Shown here piece by piece: positions 29,110 to 40,227 of a stretch of DNA of 64,000 bases (position 1 is the first letter of the stretch; every line of letters begins with the position of its first letter). The DNA is from an uncultured Veillonellaceae bacterium. GTDB taxonomy: Bacteria; Bacillota; Negativicutes; JARBTT01. The notes under the pieces are model-generated. The model had not been told where the DNA came from, ran no database searches, and saw nothing but the letters and a program-made list of their open reading frames with translations. The translations under genes and the position numbers were made by a program. The DNA is taken from the NCBI GenBank assembly GCA_963805085.1, contig CAWDTA010000002.1:1664001-1728000 (forward strand), given 5' to 3'.

Positions 29110-29609
29110 AAGTGAGGCCGTAGAAATACGGTCTCACTTTTATTTTTCAGCTATATTTTGCTATTTAATGATAAGCTTGCAACAAAAAAAATGTAAATAT
29201 TAGGTGGAAAATTTGAATTTTTATTGGGACAAATCAATTATCCAGTGCTATAATGAGGTCAAATGGTATAAATCGTCTTTATACATAGTCGATACAAAGA
29301 ACCGTATTATTTATAATAAAAACGTGGCGGAGATAGATTATGGATAGTAGATTCTGGGGTGGATGGAACTCGTCGGAATCATCCTGTTATGGAAAATTGT
29401 CCGAAGAAAGAGACTTGCCTGCGCTGGACGCATGGTCGAAAAGAATAATAGGATATGCTACTGGAAACAATGGAATAGATAAGCAGATTGCTAGAGTAGT
29501 TGGAATTTTAACTGTTTTTTTCAGTAGAAAAAAGACGTCGAAAGGAAGCTAGGTATCGAGTATGCGTGGCGGTTTACTATTGAAGCTAAGTGAAGGAGGA
29601 GAAGCTAGG

Positions 29610-29972
29610 ATGTTGCAAGAGTTTGGAAATATTGGGCTATTATTGATCGTTGCTTTGATATTTCCGTTGATGGCGTTAGTGACTGCGTTTGCGATTCGGC
29701 CTCATCCTCGTCAGAATGACGCGGAAAAATCTTTGCCGTATGAGTGTGGTGTAGATACGGTTGGCGAGACTTGGGTGCAATTTAGAGCAAGTTATTTTCT
29801 GTATGCATTGGTATTCGTCGCTTTTGATATTGAAACTGTTTTTTTATATCTTTGGGCGATTAAATTCCAGCAGTTAGGGACGTTTGCTTTTGTTGAGATG
29901 TTTATTTTTCTCAGTATTTTAGTGGTAGGGCTAGGATATGCCTGGAAGAAGGGAGCATTGGAATGGAAGTAA
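29610..29972 (+). CDS. nuoA: NADH-quinone oxidoreductase subunit A
   Basis: [22 protein letters not shown]; ATG after GGAGG. Confidence 0.95.
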   Translation: MLQEFGNIGLLLIVALIFPLMALVTAFAIRPHPRQNDAEKSLPYECGVDTVGETWVQFRASYFLYALVFVAFDIETVFLYLWAIKFQQLGTFAFVEMFIFLSILVVGLGYAWKKGALEWK

Positions 29973-30478
29973 ATAAATTGCAAACACAAGATGAGCGAGA
30001 CAATGAATTGTTACAAAAAAATATTATTTTAACCAGTTTTGATACCGTATTAAAATGGGCGCGAAGTAATTCTCTGTGGCCGTTATCTTCGGGGCTAGCT
30101 TGTTGTGCGATCGAAATGATGTCGGCTGCCGCTGCGCGATTTGATTTGTCGAGGTTCGGGTATGAGGTTTTTCGCGCTTCGCCAAGACAAGCTGATTTGC
30201 TGATTGTGGCGGGGACTCTGACTTGGGCGATGGCGGGGCCGCTAAAGCGTCTATACGAGCAAATGCCTGAGCCGAAATATGTCATTGCCATGGGGAGTTG
30301 CGCAAATTCTGGAGGACCATTTGCCGAGTCCTATTCGGTGGTTCCTGGAGTGGATAAGATTCTGCCAGTCGATGTGTATATTCCTGGTTGCCCACCACGT
30401 CCAGAAGCTTTGATTCACGGAATGCTGGAATTGAAACGCAAGATTAACAATCCTGAGGTTGCGAGGAAAAAGGTATGA
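29963..30478 (+). CDS. nuoB: NADH-quinone oxidoreductase subunit B
   Basis: LACCAIEM (tandem Cys, N2 cluster), [16 protein letters not shown]. Confidence 0.95.
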   Translation: MEVNKLQTQDERDNELLQKNIILTSFDTVLKWARSNSLWPLSSGLACCAIEMMSAAAARFDLSRFGYEVFRASPRQADLLIVAGTLTWAMAGPLKRLYEQMPEPKYVIAMGSCANSGGPFAESYSVVPGVDKILPVDVYIPGCPPRPEALIHGMLELKRKINNPEVARKKV

Positions 30479-30942
30479 GCAATCTAGAAATAAACAGGGT
30501 GTTAGCAGAGCTGCAAGTACAGTATGGAGAAGACGTAAAAATGATTGGCGAGGACGCTCAGGCAGCGTTACTGCTTGAGCCAAATCATATGTTAGATATA
30601 TTAGGGAGCCTTAAAACGAATGAGTCTTATCAATTTAACATGTTACGTAATTTGACGGCTGTTGATTATCTGGAATATATGGAAATTGTGTATCATTTAT
30701 ATTCTTTGCCGCTGCGTCAGGCGATTACGATAAAGACACGGTGTGGTATAGAAGATTCAGAGGTTCCATCAGTCACAGCGATTTGGCCTTCGGCAAATTT
30801 TCAAGAGAGGGAAATCTATGATTTATTAGGGGTGAAATTTATCGGTCATCCTGATTTACGGCGGATCTTATTGCCAGAAGATTTTTCTGGTCATCCATTG
30901 CGCAAAACGTACAATGTTGTTAATACAGGGGAAAAGAGGTAA
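30475..30942 (+). CDS. nuoC: NADH-quinone oxidoreductase subunit C
   Basis: [28 protein letters not shown]. Confidence 0.95.
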   Translation: MSNLEINRVLAELQVQYGEDVKMIGEDAQAALLLEPNHMLDILGSLKTNESYQFNMLRNLTAVDYLEYMEIVYHLYSLPLRQAITIKTRCGIEDSEVPSVTAIWPSANFQEREIYDLLGVKFIGHPDLRRILLPEDFSGHPLRKTYNVVNTGEKR

Positions 30943-30949
30943 TCAATTC

Positions 30950-32047
30950 ATGGTAAAGACAGAAACCTATACTTTGAATATGGGCCCGCAACATCCTAGT
31001 ACGCATGGCGTGTTACAAGTCGTACTGGAACTAGATGGTGAACTGGTAATTCAAGCTGTACCGCACATGGGGTATCTGCATCGCGGCATTGAAAAATTGG
31101 CGGAAAGTCGCACGTATGCCCAATTTATACCCTACACGGATCGATTGGACTATGTTTCATCCATGGGAAACAATTGGGGCTATTGTCAGACGGTAGAAAA
31201 GCTGATGGGCATTACCGTGCCTGAACGTGCGGAACATCTGCGAATTATCATGACCGAATTGAATCGTATTGCCAGTCATTTGATTTTCATGGGATCGCTG
31301 GCAATTGACCTTGGTGCTTCTACTGGAATGATGTTTGGCTTTCGTAGTCGTGAACGGATTCTAGATTTATTTGATATGGCCTGCGGTGCTAGGCAGACCT
31401 ATAGTTATATACGATTTGGCGGTGTTTCAGCTGATATACCGTCAGAATTTATCCCAGAATTAGAACGCTTTTTGGGCGATTTTCCTGCGATGCTAAAAGA
31501 ATACCACGAATTATTAACAGGCAATGAGATTCTGTATCACCGTCTAAAAGGTACTGGTGTGATTGCTGGTCAAAGAGCACTCGAAATTGGCTTGACCGGG
31601 CCTGCATTGCGGGCTTCAGGCATTGATTATGATATTCGAAAAGTCGAGCCATATGGTATGTATGATCGTTTTGATTTTAGCGTGCCACTAGGGCAAGTCG
31701 GTGACTGCTGGGATCGTTATATCGTCCGAATGGAAGAAATGAAGCAGAGTGCCAGCATAACTCGGCAGGCGCTAGAGCAAATGCCTGAAGGCGAAGTTAT
31801 GGCTAAGATTCCTAAAGTATTAAAACCACCAGTTGGTGAGGTATATCACTCTATCGAAAATCCGCGTGGCGAATTAGGATTTTATATTGTTAGCGATGGC
31901 TCGACTAAGCCTTATCGCCTCCATGTGCGCCGTCCTTCCTTTATTAACCTGCAGGTGTTAAATGAAACCTGTCAGGGCTTACTGATCGGTGATGTTGTAG
32001 CAGTACTAGCGACATTGGATTCGTTGATGGGGGAAGTGGACTGCTAA
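30950..32047 (+). CDS. nuoD: NADH-quinone oxidoreductase subunit D
   Basis: [36 protein letters not shown]; no NiFe CxxC motifs. Confidence 0.95.
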   Translation: MVKTETYTLNMGPQHPSTHGVLQVVLELDGELVIQAVPHMGYLHRGIEKLAESRTYAQFIPYTDRLDYVSSMGNNWGYCQTVEKLMGITVPERAEHLRIIMTELNRIASHLIFMGSLAIDLGASTGMMFGFRSRERILDLFDMACGARQTYSYIRFGGVSADIPSEFIPELERFLGDFPAMLKEYHELLTGNEILYHRLKGTGVIAGQRALEIGLTGPALRASGIDYDIRKVEPYGMYDRFDFSVPLGQVGDCWDRYIVRMEEMKQSASITRQALEQMPEGEVMAKIPKVLKPPVGEVYHSIENPRGELGFYIVSDGSTKPYRLHVRRPSFINLQVLNETCQGLLIGDVVAVLATLDSLMGEVDC

Positions 32048-32072
32048 ACTTTACAAAGAGGAGTCATAAATT

Positions 32073-33113
32073 ATGCAAGAGATAATGAGCTTATTTCAAA
32101 TTGCAAAAATGCTAAGAGAACTATTAGGGCGTTTTTTACCTGACCAGCAGTTCGTAGATCTCTGCATGAGCCTAATCAATATTGGGGCTATTTTTACGAT
32201 TATTTCCTTGTCGGCAGTTGTGTTGGTTTACGCTGAGCGAAAGGTAAGTGCCTTCATGCAGAGACGGTCAGGGCCTAATCGCGTTGGTCCTAGGGGAACT
32301 TTACAATCTGTCGCTGATATGATTAAACTCATGGCGAAAGAGGATATTATGCCAACTGGTGCTGACAAATGGATGTGGATGTTAGCTCCGATGCTGTTAT
32401 TTATCCCTGCGGCTGCAGGTTTTGTCGTGTTTCCTTTTGACAATAAGGCTATTTTTGCGGATCTAAATATTGGTATTTTTTATTTTATCGCGATATCCGC
32501 ACAGTCAGTTTTACCTTTTTTGATGGCGGGCTGGGCCTCGAATAATAAATATTCCTTGGTAGGTGGTATGCGTACGGTTGCGCAAATGCTTAGTTATGAG
32601 GTTCCGATGGTGCTTTCAATTTTAGGAATTGTGATGTTGGTAGGTTCAATGCGGATGAGTACAATCGTAGCAGCGCAAGAACAGGTTTGGTTTATCTTTT
32701 TACAACCAATTGCCTTTGTGGTTTATGTGATTACGGCAACAGCAGAAATTAATCGGGCACCGTTTGACTTAGTCGAAGGCGAGTCAGAATTGGTTGCTGG
32801 GCCGTTTACCGAATATACTGGCATGCGTTGGGCGTTGTTCTTTTTAGCTGAATATGCGAATTTGTTGGCTGTTTCAGCGATTGCAACAACGTTATTTTTG
32901 GGTGGCTGGAACGGGCCTTGGTTTCCTGGCTGGGTATGGTTCTTTCTTAAAGTTGGCGGAATGATTTTTCTATTTATGTGGTTCCGCTGGACTTTTCCTC
33001 GGCTGCGCATTGATCAGCTTATGGCTTTTGGCTGGAAAATGTTACTACCTTTGGCGTTGGTTAATATCATTGTTACTGGGATTGGCATGTATATTTACGA
33101 GTTTTTCAGTTAG
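32073..33113 (+). CDS. nuoH: NADH-quinone oxidoreductase subunit H
   Basis: ERKVSAFMQRRSGPNRVGP, NRAPFDLVEGESEL, PRLRIDQ. Confidence 0.95.
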   Translation: MQEIMSLFQIAKMLRELLGRFLPDQQFVDLCMSLINIGAIFTIISLSAVVLVYAERKVSAFMQRRSGPNRVGPRGTLQSVADMIKLMAKEDIMPTGADKWMWMLAPMLLFIPAAAGFVVFPFDNKAIFADLNIGIFYFIAISAQSVLPFLMAGWASNNKYSLVGGMRTVAQMLSYEVPMVLSILGIVMLVGSMRMSTIVAAQEQVWFIFLQPIAFVVYVITATAEINRAPFDLVEGESELVAGPFTEYTGMRWALFFLAEYANLLAVSAIATTLFLGGWNGPWFPGWVWFFLKVGGMIFLFMWFRWTFPRLRIDQLMAFGWKMLLPLALVNIIVTGIGMYIYEFFS

Positions 33114-33125
33114 GAGGGACAAGTT

Positions 33126-33563
33126 ATGCTTGGAAAAGGATTATTAGAGGGTATGCGCGTAACCTTAAAGAGCTTTTTTAACAAAAAGGAAACGTTACAG
33201 TATCCAGAAATAAAGCTAGCCATGCCCGAGCGGTTTCGTGGCGGTGAACTGGAGTTAGACACTAAAAAATGTATCGCGTGCGGACTGTGCTCAATGGCCT
33301 GTCCGAATCATGTAATTGAAATGACTACAGGCATGAACGAAGCGAAAAAACGGTACTTAAAATCCTATGTATATCATTCAGGATTGTGCCTGTATTGTAA
33401 TTTTTGTGTTGAAGCATGTCCGACAAATGCGATTTGCTGGGATAAGAATTATGAAAATTCTCGGTATTTCAGAGATGAGTTGGATGTTGATTGTTTAGCG
33501 CTTGCAGAGAAAAAGTCGGATGCTGGGCAAACGGATACCCTTAAGGGGAGGGAAGATGAATGA
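33126..33563 (+). CDS. nuoI: NADH-quinone oxidoreductase subunit I
   Basis: Two CxxCxxCxxxCP 4Fe-4S motifs. Confidence 0.95.
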   Translation: MLGKGLLEGMRVTLKSFFNKKETLQYPEIKLAMPERFRGGELELDTKKCIACGLCSMACPNHVIEMTTGMNEAKKRYLKSYVYHSGLCLYCNFCVEACPTNAICWDKNYENSRYFRDELDVDCLALAEKKSDAGQTDTLKGREDE

Positions 33564-34069
33564 ATGAGCTGATCTACACTGTTGCCTTTTTTATCTTTGC
33601 TGCGATTACGGTAGCCGCCGCCGTTGGCGTTGTGACAAAAAGCAATCTTGTGCATAGCGCATTACTGTTGGCTTTGTGTTTTATCGGCGTAAGCGGCTTG
33701 TATGTGCTTTTGCAGGCGGACTTTTTGGCAGCGGTTCAGATTTTAATCTATAATGGGGCAATTGCTATTGTTTTTGTTCTCGGGACTATGCTTACAAGGC
33801 GTAGTACTCGACATGGAACTAATGATACGGAAGTAAATATTCCGTCTCGGTTAGTTGCAATGGTAAGCGGATTGTTCGTCATTATTACCTTGGGCGTTAT
33901 CGCGACTACACCATGGCAGTATTCCAGCGTCGAGGCTGTCCAAGATACTCCATCACTTCTTGCGCAGTTTATACTAACCGATTATATGGTGGTAATGGAA
34001 GTATCGGCAGTGCTCTTACTGGCTGCAATGATTGGTGCAATTGTTTTGGCAAAGGGAGTGGAAGAATGA
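33560..34069 (+). CDS. nuoJ: NADH-quinone oxidoreductase subunit J
   Basis: [27 protein letters not shown]. Confidence 0.92.
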   Translation: MNELIYTVAFFIFAAITVAAAVGVVTKSNLVHSALLLALCFIGVSGLYVLLQADFLAAVQILIYNGAIAIVFVLGTMLTRRSTRHGTNDTEVNIPSRLVAMVSGLFVIITLGVIATTPWQYSSVEAVQDTPSLLAQFILTDYMVVMEVSAVLLLAAMIGAIVLAKGVEE

Positions 34070-34374
34070 TTGGATTGGTTCATTTTTTAATAGTTGCGGC
34101 TATGGTATTTGCGATTGGCTTGTATGGGGTACTGACCAAGCGCACGATTATTGGTATTCTGATGAGTATTGAGCTGATGCTCAATGCTGTGAATATAAAT
34201 TTAATTGCCTTTTCAAGGTTTATCACACCGGAGGCTTTAACTGGACAAATATTTGCTATCTTTACAATTACGGTAGCGGCTGCCGAGGTGGCGGTCGGAC
34301 TAGCGATGGTCTTTCGAGTATATTATGATCGTAATACAGTGCATGCTGCGAGACTTGATGAGATGCGCTGGTAA
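34066..34374 (+). CDS. nuoK: NADH-quinone oxidoreductase subunit K
   Basis: [25 protein letters not shown]; the ATG overlaps the nuoJ stop. Confidence 0.93.
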   Translation: MIGLVHFLIVAAMVFAIGLYGVLTKRTIIGILMSIELMLNAVNINLIAFSRFITPEALTGQIFAIFTITVAAAEVAVGLAMVFRVYYDRNTVHAARLDEMRW

Positions 34375-34394
34375 GATTGCATTAGGGAGAGTAG

Positions 34395-36308
34395 GTGAGA
34401 ATTTTGTTTAGCCAATATGCACTATATCATGCTTGGCTGATTCCGTTGTTACCGGCAGTGGCATTTATCCTAGTGGGATTTTTTCTACGCCGTCTTCCGA
34501 CAGTAGCGGGAGCAGTATCTATTTGCATGAGCTTGCTCAGTTTTACTTTGAGTTTAGGGGTGGGGTATGGCGTTATCGCTGAGAGTATCACAGTGGATAC
34601 TCCATTGATTCAGAAAATTCCTTGGGTTGCGATAGCAGGGCTTCATATTGATATGGGGGTATATATTGATCCGATAGCAGCAATGATGCTATTCATCGTT
34701 ACATTGGTAGCTTTGATGGTGCAGATCTATTCTATTGGATATATGCGTGGGGATACTGGCTTTGGACGCTTTTTTGCATATTTATCATTGTTTGCGGCGG
34801 CTATGCTGGGGTTAGTTATTGCGGTTAACTTTGTACAGTTGTTTGTTTTTTGGGAGTTAGTTGGTTTGTGTTCCTATCTTTTAATCGGCTACTATTTCCA
34901 TAAAATTTCTGCGCGGGAAGCCGCTAAGAAAGCCTTTATTACTACACGCATTGGTGATTTCGGACTATTGGTCGGAATACTGTTTTTGCAGATTATATTT
35001 GGTACGCTAGATTTTCAGCAACTAGCAGCAAATGTGCCTGCCTATGCTATGCAGCATGGTACAGCTCTGCTAACTATGGTAGCACTCTTCATATTTCTTG
35101 GTCCTATCGGTAAATCTGGACAGTTTCCACTGCATGTGTGGCTGCCTGATGCGATGGAGGGGCCGACACCAGTATCAGCACTGATTCATGCTGCTACCAT
35201 GGTAGTAGCTGGGGTGTACTTGGTAGCTAGAGCTTTCTTCTTATTCAGTGTTTTGCCAGATGCAATGGTAGTAATAGCCTGGGTTGGCGCGTTTACAGCT
35301 TGCTTTGCGGCAAGTATCGCCTTTACCCAGCGAGATATGAAACGCATTTTAGCGTATTCCACTGTCAGTCAGTTAGGATATATGATGTTGGCACTTGGCG
35401 TAGGCAGTGTTACGGCGTCAATGTTTCATCTGATGACACATGCTTTTTTCAAAGCTTTGATGTTTTTGGCAGCTGGCGCTGTTTTGCACGCTTTGCCAGA
35501 TAAGAATGATATTTTTGCAATGGGCGGCTTGCGTCATAAAATGCCAGTTACGTTTGCTGCGATGACGATTGGGGTACTCGCTATATCGGGTATTTGGCCA
35601 TTTGCTGGATTCTTTTCCAAGGATGAAATTCTGCTGGCGGTTTCTCAGGTGAGTATGCCATTATACATCATCGCTGTAGTGACTTCGTTTATGACGGCGT
35701 TTTATATGGCAAGACTCTTGATTGTCGTCTTTTGTGGATCAGAAAAACCAGATAATCATCCGCATGAAGCACCAACGTCTATGCAAATACCATTGGTAGT
35801 GCTTGGCATTCTTGCTGTTATTGGTGGGTATATACCCTATGCTAACCATTTTGGCGAGTGGGTTCGTTTTGGGCCGACATCGCATGAGGGCTTAAATTTC
35901 AGTGTCGCGGCAACATCAACAATTTTGTCGGTACTGGCAATTTGTTTGGCTTGGTTTATATACAGTTCAGGCAAGGTTCCAGCGGATAAACTATCTAGGC
36001 GTTTCAGCGTTTTATATAAGCTAAGTTTCCATAAATATTATATCGATGAGTTATACTTGTGGTTTAATCACACCTTTGTTGATGGAATAGGAAAGCTTCT
36101 GTATTGGCTGGAGCTTAACTTTATTGAAGGCATTATAAAAGAGGTAGCAAATTTACCGATTCAACTTGGCAATGCAGTGCGCAAAAGTCAGAGTGGTAAC
36201 TTGCAACGGTATGGTTTGGTAATGTTTGGCGCAATGCTCATCGTTGTAGCATGGTTAGTGCTACTCAATCCGTTATTTAAAGGTATCTTAGCGGGAGGTG
36301 CTTACTAA
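34395..36308 (+). CDS. nuoL: NADH-quinone oxidoreductase subunit L
   Basis: GKSGQFPLHVWLPDAMEGPTPVSALIHAATMV, THAFFKA. Confidence 0.95.
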   Translation: MRILFSQYALYHAWLIPLLPAVAFILVGFFLRRLPTVAGAVSICMSLLSFTLSLGVGYGVIAESITVDTPLIQKIPWVAIAGLHIDMGVYIDPIAAMMLFIVTLVALMVQIYSIGYMRGDTGFGRFFAYLSLFAAAMLGLVIAVNFVQLFVFWELVGLCSYLLIGYYFHKISAREAAKKAFITTRIGDFGLLVGILFLQIIFGTLDFQQLAANVPAYAMQHGTALLTMVALFIFLGPIGKSGQFPLHVWLPDAMEGPTPVSALIHAATMVVAGVYLVARAFFLFSVLPDAMVVIAWVGAFTACFAASIAFTQRDMKRILAYSTVSQLGYMMLALGVGSVTASMFHLMTHAFFKALMFLAAGAVLHALPDKNDIFAMGGLRHKMPVTFAAMTIGVLAISGIWPFAGFFSKDEILLAVSQVSMPLYIIAVVTSFMTAFYMARLLIVVFCGSEKPDNHPHEAPTSMQIPLVVLGILAVIGGYIPYANHFGEWVRFGPTSHEGLNFSVAATSTILSVLAICLAWFIYSSGKVPADKLSRRFSVLYKLSFHKYYIDELYLWFNHTFVDGIGKLLYWLELNFIEGIIKEVANLPIQLGNAVRKSQSGNLQRYGLVMFGAMLIVVAWLVLLNPLFKGILAGGAY

Positions 36309-36309
36309 A

Positions 36310-37842
36310 ATGGTCCATTTTCCATTACTAACGACAATTTTATTAACGCCTATCTGGGGGATACTGGTACTAGCTATTATGCCGCGTGAAGCTGACAGAA
36401 CGATAAAGATGATAGCAGCGGTAACGATGGCAATAGCGCTCGGCTTAACCTTGTATGCTTACTGGGTTTACGATGTTAGCTTGGGCGGGATGCAATATAT
36501 AGAGAATGTTCCTTGGATTGCTGAGTTAGGCGTATCTTACGCATTAGGTGTGGATGGGATTTCCTTACCGCTATTGCTCTTGACTACGTTAATTGGCTTT
36601 TCGACTGTCTTTGTTTCTTGGAATGTTGATAAACGTTCTAAAGAATTCTTTATTCAATTGCTGCTCTTGGTAGCTGGAGCAATCGGAACGTTTGTGTCGC
36701 AGGATTTGTTCATATTCTTATTGTTTTACGAGTTGGGGATCATTCCGACTTATATTATGGTGGCTGTTTGGGGATCGGCAGAACGCGTGAGTAAAGAATA
36801 TGCAGCGATGAAGATGACGATTTACTTATTGTTAGGCTCAGCCTTCATGCTTGCTGGTGTTATCGCGTTATATGTGAATGCTTTTCCAGCAGGGATGCGA
36901 ACCTTTGGCATGCAAGCTTTAGCGCAGGCACATACGATGGGGAATTTATCAGAAACTGTGCAAGTGGTCGTGTTTTTCTTATTACTGCTTGGCTTTGGTT
37001 CTACCTTATCCATGTGGCCGTTTTATAGCTGGGCACCGGATGGTTATGCGGCAGCGCCAACGGGGGTATCGATGCTTCATGCTGGCGTGTTAAAGAAAAT
37101 TGGTGGCTATGGCTTGATTCGAATAGGGCTGCTCATTTTACCGCTCGGGGTTAAATTTTGGGCGCCGTTTATTGCCTTTGTTGCGGTGGTTAATGTTTTA
37201 TATGCCGCATTTGTTGCCTTAGCGCAAAAAGATTTAAAATATATCGTCGGGTATTCTTCAATATCTCATATGGGGTATATACTGATTGGTTTTGCGGCAC
37301 TAAATGTGATCAGTATTGATGGCGCGATTGCCAATATGTTCGCACATGGGATCATGAGTGCCTTGTTCTTTGCGATGATTGGTCTAGTTTATGACAAAAC
37401 AAATACGCGGCAGGTTCCCGAGCTTGGCGGGTTAGCGCACCAAATGCCGCGTGTAGCTACCGGGTTTATGTTAGCTGGAATGAGTTCACTCGGACTTCCG
37501 GGATTAGCCGGATTCGTTCCCGAGTTTACGACCTTTGTGGGGGCGTTTAAAGTATATCCGTTATATACTCTGCTAGCGATTTCCGGTATTATTTTCACTG
37601 CTCTTTATATATTACGCGCGTTGGCAAATATCCTATTCGGTCCAAGGCGTGATGAATTTGATGCTTGTCGCGATGCCTCTGGCGTTGAATTGGTATCGCT
37701 TGTATTATTGGGCGCTGTTTTAATCGTAGTCGGCATTTTTCCACAAGTATTAATGGGTATGGTTAACAGTGGCATGGAGCCGGTAATGGCGATCTTGGTT
37801 AATCTACACACTACGACGGCCTTACTGGGAGGTGCTTTTTGA
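36310..37842 (+). CDS. nuoM: NADH-quinone oxidoreductase subunit M
   Basis: LGVDGISLPL, AGVLKKIGGYG, YSSISHMG, LGLPGLAGF. Confidence 0.93.
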   Translation: MVHFPLLTTILLTPIWGILVLAIMPREADRTIKMIAAVTMAIALGLTLYAYWVYDVSLGGMQYIENVPWIAELGVSYALGVDGISLPLLLLTTLIGFSTVFVSWNVDKRSKEFFIQLLLLVAGAIGTFVSQDLFIFLLFYELGIIPTYIMVAVWGSAERVSKEYAAMKMTIYLLLGSAFMLAGVIALYVNAFPAGMRTFGMQALAQAHTMGNLSETVQVVVFFLLLLGFGSTLSMWPFYSWAPDGYAAAPTGVSMLHAGVLKKIGGYGLIRIGLLILPLGVKFWAPFIAFVAVVNVLYAAFVALAQKDLKYIVGYSSISHMGYILIGFAALNVISIDGAIANMFAHGIMSALFFAMIGLVYDKTNTRQVPELGGLAHQMPRVATGFMLAGMSSLGLPGLAGFVPEFTTFVGAFKVYPLYTLLAISGIIFTALYILRALANILFGPRRDEFDACRDASGVELVSLVLLGAVLIVVGIFPQVLMGMVNSGMEPVMAILVNLHTTTALLGGAF

Positions 37843-39257
37843 TGAATATTGCACTGCTCACGAGTGAGATAGCAGTTGTAATTCTCGCTTTGCTTATCAT
37901 CGTCTTTGACTTATTGATGCCACGTCAAGAAACGCGTCGTAGTCTAGGGTATTTTGCAGTTTGCGGTTTATTGGGGATTCTAGTTTATACCGCTAACCAT
38001 TATGGAGTTTCAGCTACGGTATATCACGGTTTTTTTATTGTCGATAACTTTGCTTTATTTTTCAAACAGTTATTCATGGTGGCGACTATATTAACACTGC
38101 TCTTCTCTTTTGATTATGTAGAAAGAATGACCCGCAGTGTTGGGGAGTTTTATGCATTATTATTGCTGGGCTTAGTGGGGATGATGGTCATGGCATCCGC
38201 AAATGATTTATTAACAGTGTTTATTGGGCTGGAACTGATGACCATAGTCTTTTATATTCTCGTTGGCTTTGATTTAGAAAGTGTTAAGTCAAGTGAAGCA
38301 GGGATAAAGTATGCAATTCTCGGTTCGGCATCGAGTGCTGTGTTGCTGTATGGGATGAGCTGGGTATATGGTTTTACCGGCAATATTATACTGAGCCAGA
38401 TCGCTGCACATCTTACTGCCAGTCCAGCTATACTGCTGGGAATGGGGCTGATGATTGCCGGTTTCTGTTTTAAATTGTCCATTGTTCCCTTTCATATGTG
38501 GGCTCCTGATGTTTATGAAGGTGCGCCTATCCCGATTACGGCTATGCTGGCGATGGCATCAAAAGCGGCAGGTTTTGTGGTAGTACTTAGGGTGTTCTTG
38601 GTAGCATTTGCAGGCTTGTCAGCGTATTGGCTGCCGATTATTAGTCTTTTGGCTGGTACCAGTATGATTGTCGGTATTGTAGCTGCGATATGGCAGACCA
38701 ATATGAAGCGCATGTTGGCCTATTCCTCGATAGCGCAAGCTGGCTATATTTTATCAGGGCTATTGGCTGCGGATGTAGCGGGAGTCAAGGGGATGTTGGT
38801 GTATGCTGTGCTGTATATGGTGGCCAATGTTGGTGCTTTTGCTGTAACCATTGCCGTTCATAACCAGTGTGGATCAGATGATATTGACGATCTTTCTGGA
38901 TTAGCCCAAAGGTCACCGCTCTTAGCAGTGGTTATGACGGTATCGTTGTTATCAATGGCAGGACTTCCGCCGATGGCAGGCTTTGTTGGTAAGATGTATA
39001 TATTTATGGCGATTACAGACAAAGGTTATTTTTGGCTTGCGATACTAGGACTTGTCATGTCAATGGTTTCGGTATATTATTACATGCTTGTGGTCAGAGC
39101 TATGTATAGTAAGGACGCAAAGGATCAGCAGGCATTTACTGCGAGTGGGTCACTGCGGATTGTGGCGCTGATTAGTTTGATTGCAACCTTGTTTATCGGT
39201 ATATACCCAGCGCCACTGGCTGCACTAGCAAAAGCTGCTGCTCAGTCGTTGTGGTAA
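37842..39257 (+). CDS. nuoN: NADH-quinone oxidoreductase subunit N
   Basis: SSEAGIKY, FKLSIVPFHMWAPDVYEGAP, KRMLAYSSIAQAGY. Confidence 0.93.
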   Translation: MNIALLTSEIAVVILALLIIVFDLLMPRQETRRSLGYFAVCGLLGILVYTANHYGVSATVYHGFFIVDNFALFFKQLFMVATILTLLFSFDYVERMTRSVGEFYALLLLGLVGMMVMASANDLLTVFIGLELMTIVFYILVGFDLESVKSSEAGIKYAILGSASSAVLLYGMSWVYGFTGNIILSQIAAHLTASPAILLGMGLMIAGFCFKLSIVPFHMWAPDVYEGAPIPITAMLAMASKAAGFVVVLRVFLVAFAGLSAYWLPIISLLAGTSMIVGIVAAIWQTNMKRMLAYSSIAQAGYILSGLLAADVAGVKGMLVYAVLYMVANVGAFAVTIAVHNQCGSDDIDDLSGLAQRSPLLAVVMTVSLLSMAGLPPMAGFVGKMYIFMAITDKGYFWLAILGLVMSMVSVYYYMLVVRAMYSKDAKDQQAFTASGSLRIVALISLIATLFIGIYPAPLAALAKAAAQSLW

Positions 39258-39408
39258 AATAAAAGGACGTTTCGTGAAGAACTGTATCATTTCTAACGGC
39301 TAAAATTGAAGAGTCATAAATATCTCGAAACTACGAGGTTATTTATGGCTCTTTATTACGATTTATTTAGTTTATGTTTGTATCTCTTAATTTTCTCATA
39401 CAGATATT

Positions 39409-39600
39409 TAATCTGTGAGATTTTTTAGATCTTCACTGAAAGCTGTAAGTAATGGCATCCTCTCTGGTTGCCCAAGAGGTTACAAGGCGGATCGAAGAGT
39501 TATAATCGTCAAATTTTGACCAGATGTTGAAGGAATACTTTTTCGCAAGCTTGTCAATGATCTGTTTTGGTAAAATAGGGAAGTGTGGATTTGTCATGAT
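39409..39600 (-). pseudogene. 3' remnant of a low-specificity L-threonine aldolase gene
   Basis: Minus-strand translation TNPHFPILPKQIIDKLAKKYSFNIWSKFDDYNSSIRLVTSWATREDAI resembles the LtaE C-terminus (FPILP...IRLVTSWAT); no upstream gene body. Confidence 0.65.
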
Positions 39601-39653
39601 GAGATAACTATGATAGTATATTTAAATTAACAATAATGAATGGAGAACGATAC

Positions 39654-39995
39654 ATGAGTGATATGCCAAATTGCCCTAAATGTAATTCTGAGTATACTTA
39701 CGAGGATAGAAACCTTTTTGTTTGCCCAGAGTGTGCACATGAGTGGAGTGCGAATGAAGCAGGTGGACAAGTTGACGAAAATGTTGTAAAAGATGCGAAT
39801 GGCAATGTTTTACAAGCTGGTGATGCTGTTATCATCGTTAAAGATCTTAAAGTTAAAGGTGCGTCTTCATCATTAAAAGCCGGTACGAAAGTGAAGAAAA
39901 TCCGCTTAGTATCAGAAGGTGATCACAATATCGATTGTCAAATCGAAGGTTTTGGTGCGATGCAGTTAAAATCTGAATTTGTGAAAAAGGCGTAA
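39654..39995 (+). CDS. yjdM: PhnA/YjdM zinc-ribbon protein
   Basis: [36 protein letters not shown]. Confidence 0.9.
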   Translation: MSDMPNCPKCNSEYTYEDRNLFVCPECAHEWSANEAGGQVDENVVKDANGNVLQAGDAVIIVKDLKVKGASSSLKAGTKVKKIRLVSEGDHNIDCQIEGFGAMQLKSEFVKKA

Positions 39996-40227
39996 TAACA
40001 AAATAATTAAACAAAGTCGGGACAGCGTTGTTGCTTCTAGGCAATTAATCTCTGTCCTTTTTTATAAATAATTCTCTGAAAAATGAGCGTGATATTATCA
40101 ATATATCATCAGGATTATTTATTGAGTAATGATTTGTGATGCACGATAAAATTGCTTTATTAGCAGTGGATATACGGGTGGATGGTAGGAAGCAACAAAT
40201 AGATAGTATGATTGGAGGAGTTATATA

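Noticed and set aside
28836-29139. CRISPR mini-array
   Set aside because: Only two repeats, a 244-bp intervening sequence with terminal inverted repeats, and no cas genes.
29340-29552. 70-aa ORF upstream of nuoA
   Set aside because: No recognisable motif and only a weak RBS; it may be part of a long leader. Not enough support to call it a gene or an RNA.
29963-32047. Membrane-bound NiFe hydrogenase (Ech/Hyf)
   Set aside because: The large subunit lacks both CxxC motifs and the small subunit has the complex I tandem CC.
33913-34065. N-terminal extension of NuoK in the ORF track
   Set aside because: It overlaps nuoJ; the real start is ATG 34066 with the RBS GGGAG.
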